A stretch of DNA of 64,000 nt from Klebsiella pneumoniae. GTDB lineage: Bacteria; Verrucomicrobiota; Verrucomicrobiia; Limisphaerales; SXTU01. The notes under the pieces are model-generated. The model was given only the letters and a program-made list of their open reading frames with translations. It did not search any database and was not told where the DNA came from. The stretch covers positions 5,469 through 69,468 of the forward strand of contig CALQJI020000015.1 in the NCBI GenBank assembly GCA_943330855.2, given 5' to 3'. The position numbers were made by a program, and so were the translations under genes. Position 1 is the first letter of the stretch. Every line of letters starts with the position of its first letter. Shown here piece after piece: positions 30,869 through 42,320 of this stretch.

Positions 30869-31813
30869 ATGAAAAACTTCGCGCAAATGGGCAAACGGTT
30901 CTTCCTCCTCATCGCAGTGAACCTGCTGGTGATGGTCACGCTCTACATCGTCCTGAGCGTGGTGCTGCACTTCTTCCCGCAGTTTGGCCGCGGGGGCGGC
31001 GGCAACTGGCTCGGCTACTTCGCCATCTTCAGCCTCGTCTTCGGCATGGGCGGGGCCTTCATCTCGCTCGCCATTTCGCGGATGATGGCCAAGTGGATGA
31101 TGGGCGTGCAGGTGATTGACCCGAACACGAATGACCCCGAGGCGCGTGAATTAGTCCGCATGGTGCATGGCTACGCGCAGCGCGCTGGGCTGCCCGCGAT
31201 GCCTCAGGTGGGCATCTACGATTCTCCGGAGGTCAACGCATTCGCCACCGGGCCGACCAAGTCCCGCTCGCTCGTGGCGGTCTCCACGGGCCTGCTCCAC
31301 CAGATGAACCGGACCGAGACGGAAGGCGTCATCGCTCACGAAGTCGCACACATCGCCAACGGCGACATGGTCACGATGACCCTCGTGCAAGGCATCATTA
31401 ACGCTTTCGTCATGTTCCTCTCGCGTGTGCTGGCCTTCCTCGCAGCCCAAGCCCTGAGCGGCAACCGCAACAATGACGACCGCCCCAGCCTGAGCCACTC
31501 CATCTTAGAAATGGTCCTCGGCATCATCTTTCAAATCTTCTTCACCCTTCTCGGATCCATCGTGGTCGCGTGGTTCTCCCGGAAGCGCGAGTTCCGCGCG
31601 GACGCCGGTGGGATGCTGCTCGCAGGCAAAGCCCAGATGGTGGGCGCGCTGCGCGGCTTGCAGCGCATCTACGATCCTCGCCACGCCGCCGAGGGCAGCC
31701 CCGGCTTCCAGTCGTTCAAAATCTCTGGGCAATCCGGCGGCTTCATGGCGCTGCTCTCCACGCACCCGCCGCTGGAGGAGCGCATCGCGCGCTTGGAAAA
31801 TCTGGGGCGCTGA
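30869..31813 (+). CDS. htpX: Membrane zinc protease HtpX
   Basis: NAFATG, AHEVAHIANGDMVT, SRKREFRAD and THPPLEERI motifs. Confidence 0.95.
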   Translation: MKNFAQMGKRFFLLIAVNLLVMVTLYIVLSVVLHFFPQFGRGGGGNWLGYFAIFSLVFGMGGAFISLAISRMMAKWMMGVQVIDPNTNDPEARELVRMVHGYAQRAGLPAMPQVGIYDSPEVNAFATGPTKSRSLVAVSTGLLHQMNRTETEGVIAHEVAHIANGDMVTMTLVQGIINAFVMFLSRVLAFLAAQALSGNRNNDDRPSLSHSILEMVLGIIFQIFFTLLGSIVVAWFSRKREFRADAGGMLLAGKAQMVGALRGLQRIYDPRHAAEGSPGFQSFKISGQSGGFMALLSTHPPLEERIARLENLGR

Positions 31814-31882
31814 GCGGTGCGGAACGCGGTCGGGAATTCTGCTTGCCGCGCGAGACAACACTGACGAATTCTTCGCCTTAAT

Positions 31883-33004
31883 ATGGCTGCGCGAAAATCC
31901 AAGGCGAAGAGGACCAAGCCGCGTATCTCCGTGCCCCCTCCCAGCAAGCCCGTGAGCAAGCCTGCGCACAAAATTGAGCGTAAATCCGCTCCGTCCAAAC
32001 CCGCTCCGCGTAGGCCCGCCGGTCCCTTCAACGTCTTCCGCCCGAGTCCGCGTCCTATTTCGCAGAAACCGCCGCCCGCCGTGTCGGAGATCCCCGGCGC
32101 CGCCATCAGTGTGCCGCGCGTGGAGTTGCCCACGTCGCGCGAATCCTCCGAGCGCATCCGCACGCCCTACGACGGCGAGAGCGCCATCCGCCTCTACCTC
32201 CGCGAAATCGGCCTAGTGCCGCTGCTAACCGTCCAAGAAGAGATCGTGTTGGCTGCCAAGATTCAAAAGGGGGACAAGGCCGCCCGCGAGTTGATGATCA
32301 AGGCCAACCTCCGCCTCGTCGTGAAGATTGCGCACGACTACGACTGGCTCGGGATGCCGCTGCTCGACCTCATCAACGAGGGCAACATCGGCCTGATGAA
32401 AGCCGTCGAGCGCTTCGACCCCAAGAAGGGCGGCAAACTCTCCACCTACGGCGCGTGGTGGATCAAGCAGTCCATCAAGCGCGCCCTCGCCAACCAGGGC
32501 AAAACCATCCGCCTCCCCGTGCATCTGGTGGACAAGATTTCCAAGCTGCGCCGCGTGGCCATGAAGCTACAGGAAGCTTTGGGCCGCGAGCCAACCGACG
32601 AGGAGGTCGCTCAGGAAATGGGCATGACCGCCAGTCGGGTCGCTCAACTCCGCACTGCCGCCATCCGCCCCGCTTCTCTCGATGCGCCCGTCGGCGATGA
32701 GGGCGATTCGCACCTCTTCGGGGAGATCATCGAGGACGAGCACGCGGAAACGCCCTACGAACAGTTGGAGGAAAAGACGGTCACCGCCATGCTGCGCGAG
32801 ATGGTCAAGACTCTGGCACCGCGCGAAGCGACCATCCTCACCTTCCGCTTCGGCCTCGATGGTGGGAACGAGCGCACGCTCGCGGAGGTCGGCCAGAAAT
32901 TTCACGTCACCCGCGAGCGCATTCGCCAGATTCAAAACATCGCCCTCCGCAAAATGCGCCGGATGATCGAGAAGCGCGAAGCGCAGACCACTTCAACCCC
33001 ATGA
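31883..33004 (+). CDS. Sigma-70 factor, RpoD/RpoS-like (regions 1.2-4, basic Pro-rich N-terminus)
   Basis: YLREIG, ANLRLVVKIA, EGNIGLMKAVERFD, WWIKQSI and TRERIRQIQ motifs. Confidence 0.93.
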   Translation: MAARKSKAKRTKPRISVPPPSKPVSKPAHKIERKSAPSKPAPRRPAGPFNVFRPSPRPISQKPPPAVSEIPGAAISVPRVELPTSRESSERIRTPYDGESAIRLYLREIGLVPLLTVQEEIVLAAKIQKGDKAARELMIKANLRLVVKIAHDYDWLGMPLLDLINEGNIGLMKAVERFDPKKGGKLSTYGAWWIKQSIKRALANQGKTIRLPVHLVDKISKLRRVAMKLQEALGREPTDEEVAQEMGMTASRVAQLRTAAIRPASLDAPVGDEGDSHLFGEIIEDEHAETPYEQLEEKTVTAMLREMVKTLAPREATILTFRFGLDGGNERTLAEVGQKFHVTRERIRQIQNIALRKMRRMIEKREAQTTSTP

Positions 33005-33537
33005 GCCACGCCCCTGTTACCCCTGCCGACCTCGCCGCTGCCATCCGCAACGTGCCGGACTTTCCCAAGCCCGGCATCCAGTTCAAAGACATCACCCCCG
33101 TGCTCGCGGACGGACGCCTGTTCGCCGGGACAATTGACCTTCTCTGCCAGAGCTACAAACCCGGCGACGTGGACGCGGTGGTAGGAATAGACGCGCGCGG
33201 CTTCATCTTCGCTGCGGCTGTGGCGCTGCGGCTGGGCGCGGGTTTCGTGCCCGTGCGCAAACAGGGCAAGCTCCCCTACGCCACGCACGAGCAGAGCTAC
33301 GACCTCGAATACGGCTCCAACACCGTGGCCATCCACATTGACGCCGTGAAGCCCGGGGCCCGCGTGCTCCTCGTGGACGACCTTCTCGCCACCGGTGGCA
33401 CGGCCTCGGCGGCGGTCCATCTGCTGGAGAAAATTGGCGCGAAGATTTTGGAAGTTCACTTCCTGATCGAGCTGCCGTTCCTCCAAGGACGCAGCAAGCT
33501 CAAGGGGTATCCGGTCAAGTCCCTCGTGGTGTATTGA
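33001..33537 (+). CDS. apt: Adenine phosphoribosyltransferase
   Basis: PDFPKPGIQFKDIT, ARGF, LEYG and VDDLLATGGT motifs; ATGA overlap with the sigma gene. Confidence 0.96.
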   Translation: MSHAPVTPADLAAAIRNVPDFPKPGIQFKDITPVLADGRLFAGTIDLLCQSYKPGDVDAVVGIDARGFIFAAAVALRLGAGFVPVRKQGKLPYATHEQSYDLEYGSNTVAIHIDAVKPGARVLLVDDLLATGGTASAAVHLLEKIGAKILEVHFLIELPFLQGRSKLKGYPVKSLVVY

Positions 33538-33814
33538 GGGAGCCCGCGCGGGCACGCGCCTGCCTGACGCAGCCGGAGTTCCGGTGACTCGACGGCGAAG
33601 AAGTTTTTTTGGGGTTGGCCACCAATGTCGCCCTCAATTCCTGGCCGAACACGCCCTTCGTCATCCTCAACCCACTGTTGCGGACGAACACGTTCGTGGC
33701 TGCGCGTGCGAGAGGAGTATCAGCAGGGCTTGGGCAGTTGCGCGGAACTGGCGCGACGGACACGGCCTGGGCGCGGGCGCGGTGTCCTCCCGGTGCAAGC
33801 GCGAGAAATGGCGC

Positions 33815-34189
33815 ATGGCCGTGCCCCAACTTGACCAAAAGCTGGACCAACGTCTTGTCCAATTGACCACGGCCAAGGCTGAAACCCTCGCCGAGCGCGC
33901 GGCGCGCTTCCGTAACCGGACGCTGACAGAATCCGAGGAGTGGCTGGACCACATTCAGCGTGCCAAGGCGCCCGTGGTCGAGAATGACACGCAAGGGCTG
34001 AAGGAACTCGTCGGCGCGTGGCAAATCCCCGTGCAGGTCGGGGCGAAGCTGCTGCACTTCGATGAACCGTCCGTGGAACGCCCGCGCATCCTCATCGGCA
34101 TCGTCGGCGAACTCCGGGAAACCATGCGCCGGCAATCCCCGCACGAACCGCCGCCGATAGATGTGGCCACGGCGAGTGCTGGCGAGTGA
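33815..34189 (+). CDS. Hypothetical protein
   Basis: 124-aa ORF from ATG at 33815 (MAVPQLDQKL...) with typical codon usage; no family recognised. Confidence 0.55.
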   Translation: MAVPQLDQKLDQRLVQLTTAKAETLAERAARFRNRTLTESEEWLDHIQRAKAPVVENDTQGLKELVGAWQIPVQVGAKLLHFDEPSVERPRILIGIVGELRETMRRQSPHEPPPIDVATASAGE

Positions 34190-34275
34190 CGCGCCGGGCC
34201 GTTTTGCAGGCTCCCCAACCCGGAGCTTCCCCGCCGTCACTGACAAGCCTGAACACCTTTGAAGCGGTTGGAAGT

Positions 34276-34299
34276 GTTAGCAGTGGGCGTTAGCAGTGG
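34276..34299. repeat. 11-bp direct repeat GTTAGCAGTGG x2 downstream of tRNA-Phe (possible integrase arm sites)
   Basis: Copies at 34276-34286 and 34289-34299, next to an AT-rich tract adjoining the tRNA 3' end. Confidence 0.5.
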
Positions 34300-34358
34300 T
34301 GCCATTCCGAAACTCGAAAAATGCCTAAACCCTTGATTCTATTGATCGAAAAGTGAAG

Positions 34359-34434
34359 TGGTGGCTGCGGCCGGAATTGAACCGGCGACACGCGGATTTT
34401 CAATCCGCTGCTCTACCAACTGAGCTACACAGCC
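34359..34434 (-). tRNA. tRNA-Phe (GAA)
   Basis: Reverse complement is GGCTGTGTAGCTCAGTTGGTAGAGCAGCGGATTGAAAATCCGCGTGTCGCCGGTTCAATTCCGGCCGCAGCCACCA: 76 nt, cloverleaf, encoded CCA. Confidence 0.97.
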
Positions 34435-34643
34435 AACTCTCTCATTCTGCGAGGTTCGCAGCGCGAACGACGTAGTAAACTACAACCGTTCAACACCACC
34501 ACTTTATGCGTTGCCAAAAAGAGCCGACAAGCAATTTCGCCTGTCGTCTCGTTGAAATTACGGTGCTCACCAGGAGGTGTTTCGAGGTCCGGCTTGCGAA
34601 GATTGAACTTTGAACCGCCCCGCCCGCTCCTTATAAGAGAACC

Positions 34644-35297
34644 ATGCTGCCGACGTTACTCTCCGCGGGCGGGCCGGTTGTGTGGCTCCTGTTGCTCCTG
34701 AGCGCGGTGGCTATCGCTGTGTTTGTCGAGCGGGTGCTTCACTTTCACCGTGCGCAAATCAACTCCGCCGAGTTCCTCGCTGGCGTCCGCACGGTGCTCA
34801 AGCGCGACAATATCGTCGAGGCGCTCTCTATCTGCGATGCCACGCCCGGGCCCGTCGCACGCCTCGTGAAGAACGCCATTCTCAGCCGCGAACGAGGACG
34901 CGAGGGCGTGCGCGAGGCTCTGGAGGATACGGGGCTTCAGGAAGTTCCCCGACTCGAGGAGAAGCTCAACCTCCTCGCCACCATCGCGCAGATCGCGCCG
35001 CTGCTGGGCCTGCTCGGCACCGCGTTGGGCTTCATCAAGATGTTTGGCGTGATGGAAAAGGAAGGTCAGTTCGCCCATGCCGCGCTGCTCACCGGCGGCG
35101 TTTGGCAGGCGCTGGTCTGCACGGCAATGGGGCTGGCCGTGGCGATTCCCTGCTACGTCGGCTACAACTACCTCATCGGTCGCGTGAACCAAATCGTCCT
35201 CGATATGGAGAAGTCGTCGAACGAAATCCTGAACCTCGTGACGGGCGAGGGGGGGAAAGCAGCGAACAGTGGTCAGCGGTCGGCGGTCGGCGAATAA
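34644..35297 (+). CDS. MotA/TolQ/ExbB proton channel protein
   Basis: APLLGLLGT and ALVCTAMGLAVAIP motifs. Confidence 0.92.
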   Translation: MLPTLLSAGGPVVWLLLLLSAVAIAVFVERVLHFHRAQINSAEFLAGVRTVLKRDNIVEALSICDATPGPVARLVKNAILSRERGREGVREALEDTGLQEVPRLEEKLNLLATIAQIAPLLGLLGTALGFIKMFGVMEKEGQFAHAALLTGGVWQALVCTAMGLAVAIPCYVGYNYLIGRVNQIVLDMEKSSNEILNLVTGEGGKAANSGQRSAVGE

Positions 35298-35335
35298 CCA
35301 CGACACTCTTTCTCCATTCATCGTTCGGCATTCCC

Positions 35336-35782
35336 ATGCGATTCCACCGCCACGCGCGCATCTTCCGCGGCCAGCTCGACGCTGCGCCATTCGCGGGCGT
35401 GTTTTTCCTCGTCCTGATCTTCATCACGTTCAACTCGCAACTCGTCTTCACGCCTGGCGTGCGCGTGGAGCTGCCGGTGGCGGACGGCTTGCCGGGCACC
35501 GCGAATCCGACGCTCTCCGTGGTCGTGGACCGCAGTGGACAATTTTACTTCGAGAACCAAGTTGTCACCGAAGCTGATCTGAAGGGACGGCTCCGCACGG
35601 CTGCTGACAAAGCAAAAAGCCGGGGCGCGCAGCTCACGCTCGTGGTGCTTGCGGATATGCTCACGCCCAACGCTGTGCTTTTCCAACTCGGCGAGCTGGC
35701 GCGCGAGGCTGGCATCCGCGAGTTGTTGCAGGCCACGCGCCCGCGCACCACTCCGGCGCCGCTCAACGTCTCTCCGCCATGA
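35336..35782 (+). CDS. ExbD/TolR family protein
   Basis: Single TM after LDAAPFAGV (the usual TM Asp appears to be replaced by Gly); VELP and LAD motifs. Confidence 0.85.
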   Translation: MRFHRHARIFRGQLDAAPFAGVFFLVLIFITFNSQLVFTPGVRVELPVADGLPGTANPTLSVVVDRSGQFYFENQVVTEADLKGRLRTAADKAKSRGAQLTLVVLADMLTPNAVLFQLGELAREAGIRELLQATRPRTTPAPLNVSPP

Positions 35783-36561
35783 GTGGGGTTGCTTCTGACA
35801 CTGCCGTTTGGTCCCGACGGCGATGGGGCACGGTGGTCCTGGCCATTTTTTCCCTGCACATCGGGGTGCTTTTTTTGGTGTCGTCACGCGCAGGGAAAGT
35901 TCAGCCGCGCGCGCAGTCACGAGCTTCTGTCCACTGGCTGACCGACCCTCTGGCTGCACGCAGGACGCTCGATGTCCTCCTGCTCACCGACCCGGCGCAG
36001 TTTGCGATGGTGCATGCGCGGGGCTTCTCCGGCGCGGCGTGGCTGCGGACGCAATCGCCGGGGTTCCGCCCCACGGAGTGGAGCGATGCGGAACGTTCGC
36101 TCGCGCAGCCCACCGAGCTTTTGGGCGGCGCGTTTCGGCAGGTGTCCACGGTGGGCGAGCCGCCCGCGTTTGACCCCGCGCGCAAGCCCGCCGCCGCGCC
36201 GCCCGCCCTCGCTGTCCCCCAACCGCCGCTCCGGGATCGTTCGCAGTTGTTCGTGGAAGGCGCGGCCCGTCTGCGCCCGCTGGTGCAGCCTCCACTGCTC
36301 AAATCCTGGCCCCACTCCGACGTGCTCGCGGACACGCGCGTGCAGGTGTTGGTCACCGCAGAGGGGCTGGTCTTTTCGCCACGCTTGGCGGGTAGCACCA
36401 ACACGAAGGATCCGGTGCAACGTGCCGCCGACCTTCACGCGCTGGAGTTGGCCCGACAATTTCGTTTTGAGCCGGCGGTGAAGGACAGCCGTGCTTCCAT
36501 CGAGGGCTTGTTGATCTTTCAATGGCACACGACCGCGCCGCCCGCGCCTGCAACGCCGTGA
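35779..36561 (+). CDS. TonB/TolA-like energy transducer (TM anchor plus TonB C-terminal-like domain)
   Basis: SLH-containing N-terminal TM, Pro-rich linker, AD..ALELARQFRFEP; follows exbBD. Confidence 0.6.
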   Translation: MSGVASDTAVWSRRRWGTVVLAIFSLHIGVLFLVSSRAGKVQPRAQSRASVHWLTDPLAARRTLDVLLLTDPAQFAMVHARGFSGAAWLRTQSPGFRPTEWSDAERSLAQPTELLGGAFRQVSTVGEPPAFDPARKPAAAPPALAVPQPPLRDRSQLFVEGAARLRPLVQPPLLKSWPHSDVLADTRVQVLVTAEGLVFSPRLAGSTNTKDPVQRAADLHALELARQFRFEPAVKDSRASIEGLLIFQWHTTAPPAPATP

Positions 36562-36562
36562 C

Positions 36563-36787
36563 ATGACGCCCGACGCCGTCCTCTTCGCCTATGTGGTCGT
36601 GTTGATGGGAGCCGTGACCGCCGTCGGCGTGTTTCATGAGCGTCGGCGTCGGCGCTTCGAGCCGGAGCCGACCGAGGACCACATCTTCCGCTGCTCGAAG
36701 TGCAGCTATGTCTACACCGATGACGAGGATGTGGAGTTGTCGCGCTGTCCCCAATGCGGTGCGTCGAACGAGGTGGTGGAGTTTTAG
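36563..36787 (+). CDS. Small membrane-anchored zinc-ribbon protein
   Basis: N-terminal TM followed by CSKC...CPQC. Confidence 0.75.
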   Translation: MTPDAVLFAYVVVLMGAVTAVGVFHERRRRRFEPEPTEDHIFRCSKCSYVYTDDEDVELSRCPQCGASNEVVEF

Positions 36788-36924
36788 GGACGGAGGGGAG
36801 AGAACGCACGGCCCGCCAACTGCCGCTCCGTTTCATGGGTAGGACAGAGGACGGCCTGCGTTCGGACTGACGCTCGTCATCCGACGACGGGACGCTTCTG
36901 ACTTCGGACTTCCGCCCTCTGCCC

Positions 36925-38493
<1,569 letters not shown>

Positions 38494-38617
38494 GCCATTT
38501 AATGCCCGGCGCGAGTAGCGGGTGGCAAGCGGGAACTGCGGTTGAGCCGCTGGGTGAAGTGTCGCGCCAACCACCTTCCACCGCATCCGAAACAACCCGC
38601 CCTCGTTCCCTTGCGGC

Positions 38618-39100
38618 TCAGTAATTCCGTTTGCGCGCCTTCACGCGGAGGGGCGGCGCTTGGTTGGTGGGCGAGAGGTCCAGCGTCACCCCCGGCTGCC
38701 AGACGCGCTCCAGCCGGTCCACCACCAGGCCGCGCTGGATGAGTTCCACTTCATGGTTGAAGGCCAGCAGCGTCACGGTGCCGGGCAGGTAAGTTGCGTC
38801 TTGGAAGCGCAACTCGCCAAACGCGGGCTTCGTGTTCGGCTGCGTGAAGCGCACAGTGACAGGCCCGTTCGTCAGCCCGCCCTGCTCGCCGGGGAAGCGC
38901 ACCTTCACGTCGCGCACACCCAGCGTGGGCTGATTTACGAGCAGGTAGGGCGTGCCGTTGGTTTCCGTGGCGAAGGTGACTTCCCACGGGCCTTTGCGCG
39001 TGCGTAAGTGGCTGTCGAGTGCGTAGAGGCTGAAGTAGCCCACCACCGCGATGACGCCGACGATGGCGACGTGCTTGAGGATGTTGTCCGGTCTCTGCAT
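38618..39100 (-). CDS. Hypothetical membrane-anchored protein
   Basis: Start MQRPDN; one TM segment, then a beta-rich domain. Confidence 0.65.
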   Translation of the reverse strand: MQRPDNILKHVAIVGVIAVVGYFSLYALDSHLRTRKGPWEVTFATETNGTPYLLVNQPTLGVRDVKVRFPGEQGGLTNGPVTVRFTQPNTKPAFGELRFQDATYLPGTVTLLAFNHEVELIQRGLVVDRLERVWQPGVTLDLSPTNQAPPLRVKARKRNY

Positions 39101-39257
39101 AGGGGCCGGAGGGTTCGACAGGAGTGGGGGACAAGTCAAGCGGGGCGGGGCGGGTGAGAAAGTGAGAGGGCGTGAGTGTGGGCGGGTTGAGCGGGGCAGA
39201 GTGACGCTCGGATGCCGTCTCACTTTCCCGCCTGCGCATTTTCCCCATCGGGTGCGC

Positions 39258-40976
39258 TCACGCGCCGCGCAGGTCGGTCACCTTCAACTGCACGTTGCGA
39301 TTGCCCCGGAACTCGTTCACCTCGGCGGTGAAGGCGAGGTCGAAGCTGGCAGGTGGCACGAAGCTCTTCGGCACGTTCCACCAGACGGCTTCGCGGATGT
39401 CGTTGCCGTCGGTCACATGAAGTTTCAGGTGCTGCTGCTCCTTGCCCATGCGTAGCGGCGCGCGGTGGAGGCGTAGGCCGGTGGCGCAGAACTGAAGCGC
39501 GGGATTGCCCATACCGGTCGGCGCGAGGCGGTCCAGCTCGGCTAGCCGTTCCACGGTCAGTTCGCGCAGCATCACTTCGGCGTCGAGCTTGAGCACGGGT
39601 TGAAGCTGGTCGGGGCGCAGCGTGCGGCGGGCGTGGGCGTTGAGGCGGTCGCGGAAGACGCCGACGTTCGCCGGGTCAATGGTGATGCCGGCGGCCATCG
39701 CGTGGCCGCCGTGCTTGACCAGCAGGTCGTCGCACTCGCGCAGTGCGGCGGCGAGGTCGAAGCCCTCGATGCTGCGGCCCGACCCGCGCCATTGCGCCGC
39801 GTCGCCGCCGAGGATGAGCGTGGGCCGGTGGAACTCGCGCAACACGCGGGAGGCCACGATGCCCACGACGCCGATGTGCCAGAGCAGTTGCCCCTCGACG
39901 ATGACGAAGTCGCGCGCGGGGTCGAAGCGCGCGCGAATGGCCCCGATGACTTCGTCGGTGATGGTGCGCTCGATGGCCTGGCGCTCGCGGTTGCGGTGAT
40001 CGAGCGCAAGGGCGATGGGCTCGGCGGTGGCGAGGTCGGGGGCGCGGAGGAGTTCGAGGGCTTCGGCGGCGTTCTCCAATCGTCCGGCAGCGTTGAGGCG
40101 TGGGCCGAGCTGGAAGCCGACTTCGTAGGTGCCGATGGTGCCCTCGATGCCAGCGGCGGTCTTGAGCGCCAGCAGACCGGGGCGACGGGTGCTGTTCAGC
40201 CGCTCCAGCCCGGCGGTGACGAGGATGCGATTCTCACCGATGAGTGGCACAAGGTCCGCGATGGTGCCGAGCGCGACGAGGTCCAGCAGCGGGCGGATGT
40301 CGAAGCCGGCGAACTCGGCGAGCTGAAGTTCGCGTCCGCGCTTCACGAGCGCGTGGGCGAGCTTGAAGGCCAACCCGGCCGAACAAAGCTCGGTGAAATC
40401 GCTGCCTGCTTGCTTCGCCAACTGCGGATTCACCAGCGCGTGCGCCGCCGGCGCGGGGTCGGAGACTTGATGGTGATCCAGCACGAGCACGTCCACGCCG
40501 CGCTGGTTCAGCCAGCCGATGGTCTCGACGGCGGTCGAGCCGCAGTCCACGGCGAGGAGTAACTTCGTGGCGTGGAATTTAGAAAAGCAGTTCTCCACGC
40601 CGTCCTGGCTGAGGCCGTAACCCTCGTCCATGCGGTGTGGTAGGTAGAAGTCCACCGCCCAGCCGAGCGAGCTGAGGACTTCGAGGAGCAAGGAGGTGGA
40701 GGTCACGCCGTCCACATCGTAGTCACCGAAGATGACCAGCGGTTCGGCCCGCTCACGCGCGGCGAAAAGGCGGTCCACGGCGGCGGCCATGTTCGGCAAC
40801 GCGAAGGGATCGGCGAGGGCGCGGAGGCGCGGTTCGAGGAAGCGCGCGACGGCCTCTGGCTCGCTGTGGCCGCGGTTGAGGAGGCACTGCGCGAGCAGCG
40901 GGCAGATGCCGAGTTGCTGCGTCAGCGCGGCGGCGAGCGCGGGTTGCGACGGGGCGATGGACCAACGGTATTTCAT
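39258..40976 (-). CDS. recJ: ssDNA-specific exonuclease RecJ
   Basis: GDYDVDG, VDCG, DHH, GTIADLVPL, PRLNAAGR, RGSGRS and GGHAMAAG motifs. Confidence 0.97.
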   Translation of the reverse strand: MKYRWSIAPSQPALAAALTQQLGICPLLAQCLLNRGHSEPEAVARFLEPRLRALADPFALPNMAAAVDRLFAARERAEPLVIFGDYDVDGVTSTSLLLEVLSSLGWAVDFYLPHRMDEGYGLSQDGVENCFSKFHATKLLLAVDCGSTAVETIGWLNQRGVDVLVLDHHQVSDPAPAAHALVNPQLAKQAGSDFTELCSAGLAFKLAHALVKRGRELQLAEFAGFDIRPLLDLVALGTIADLVPLIGENRILVTAGLERLNSTRRPGLLALKTAAGIEGTIGTYEVGFQLGPRLNAAGRLENAAEALELLRAPDLATAEPIALALDHRNRERQAIERTITDEVIGAIRARFDPARDFVIVEGQLLWHIGVVGIVASRVLREFHRPTLILGGDAAQWRGSGRSIEGFDLAAALRECDDLLVKHGGHAMAAGITIDPANVGVFRDRLNAHARRTLRPDQLQPVLKLDAEVMLRELTVERLAELDRLAPTGMGNPALQFCATGLRLHRAPLRMGKEQQHLKLHVTDGNDIREAVWWNVPKSFVPPASFDLAFTAEVNEFRGNRNVQLKVTDLRGA

Positions 40977-41004
40977 GGGCGCGGCACGGTGACGGGAAAT
41001 CCTT

Positions 41005-41089
41005 TTTTAGACACGGATGAAACACGGATTCAACACGGAGGAAAGCAGCCCTTCGCCGTGGGCCCAATCATTGTTCATCGGTGGCTAAA
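41005..41089. repeat. CACGGAT-unit inverted-repeat element (compact copy)
   Basis: tttagacacggatgaaacacggattcaacacgga ... tgttcatcggtggctaaa. Confidence 0.7.
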
Positions 41090-41129
41090 GCTCGGCGAAC
41101 AGTTGCCAGGGATGCCGTTTAGCTCAGGG

Positions 41130-42155
41130 CTACAAGGCTTTCTCGATTTGCTTGTGCCGCTGATTTTTGGCTTCGCCCACGGCGGTCTTGAAGCGTTCGA
41201 TGCTCTTGAGGTCAGAGGTATCCGCGGGGCGGGGCGGGGTAGGGGTGCCGTTGTTCGGGCAGTTCAGAGCCTGGCTTGGGCCGACTTCCATTTGGCCGCC
41301 GCTCTTGGTGGCGGTGACAGTGACCTTGCCGGTGGCGACGGTGACGAAGGTTTGTTTGACGGTGTCCGAGAGGACCGAGAAGTCGGTGCCGACGATGCTG
41401 GTGGTCGCGGCGGGAGTGCGGATTTTGAACTTCGTTTTCGACGTGTGCTGGACCGAACCGATGACCCTGCCCATGTCCACCTCGATCGTCGTCGTCGTCT
41501 CGCCTACGGCGACGATTCGGACATGACTCAATGGGCGGACGGCGAGGAAGCTGTTTTCACCAAGAATCAGGGTGATGGAGGAGTCGGCCTTCGTGACGAT
41601 TTCCGCACCGATGGGCAGGCCGATGCGGCGGTTTTGCATTTCCTCCAGTGCTTCGCCCTTCGCGAGGCGGTAGGAGACGGAGCCTTTGAAGTCCGCCACG
41701 CGGGCCATCGGCGGGCCGTAGTGCGTGAAGCCGAGGTCGGCGAAAAACACGACCAGTGCAGAGACCATCAGTGCCGTGACATACGCAGAGGCGGTCGCCG
41801 CGTAGCCGCACTTCATCAGGAACTTGCCGATGGGCGCGGCGACGGCGAGCAGCATCAGCGCGAGCACGCCGCCGGCGTAAGCGGGGTAGGGGACGTCTTT
41901 CGGCACGTTGGGCAGCACGAAGATGTCTGCGGCGGCCAGTCCACCCAGCATCGCGGCGAGGCCCAGTCCGTAGGAAATGATTGCCATCAGCAACGTCCAG
42001 TTCGAGGCGCCGAGGCTCTCGGCCATCTTGCGATATGAGAGGATGCCGAACACGAGGCAAAGGCCGACTACGGTGCCGGTGTGCTCTGGCACCACGGGCT
42101 CGAGCATGAGCCACGCGGCGGCGTCGAGCATTTTGGAAGGCAAGGAATCGTTCAT
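41130..42155 (-). CDS. Multi-TM protein with C-terminal FecR-like domain
   Basis: About four TM helices, then FKIRTPAATTSIVGTDF and VTVATGKVTV. Confidence 0.75.
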   Translation of the reverse strand: MNDSLPSKMLDAAAWLMLEPVVPEHTGTVVGLCLVFGILSYRKMAESLGASNWTLLMAIISYGLGLAAMLGGLAAADIFVLPNVPKDVPYPAYAGGVLALMLLAVAAPIGKFLMKCGYAATASAYVTALMVSALVVFFADLGFTHYGPPMARVADFKGSVSYRLAKGEALEEMQNRRIGLPIGAEIVTKADSSITLILGENSFLAVRPLSHVRIVAVGETTTTIEVDMGRVIGSVQHTSKTKFKIRTPAATTSIVGTDFSVLSDTVKQTFVTVATGKVTVTATKSGGQMEVGPSQALNCPNNGTPTPPRPADTSDLKSIERFKTAVGEAKNQRHKQIEKAL

Positions 42156-42320
42156 GATCTGGATGTTATAGGAGGCACCGTGGCTGGCGAGGAGGGGTTC
42201 GACGAGAGGGTAGTTGCGGGGCGGCGGACGCCGTGCGTTTAGAGTGCGGATGGCCGTCTCGGCGAGCGCGTTGTTAGCCCGACACGAGTTGTGGACGCAG
42301 GCGTCCGCACGCCATCACAG

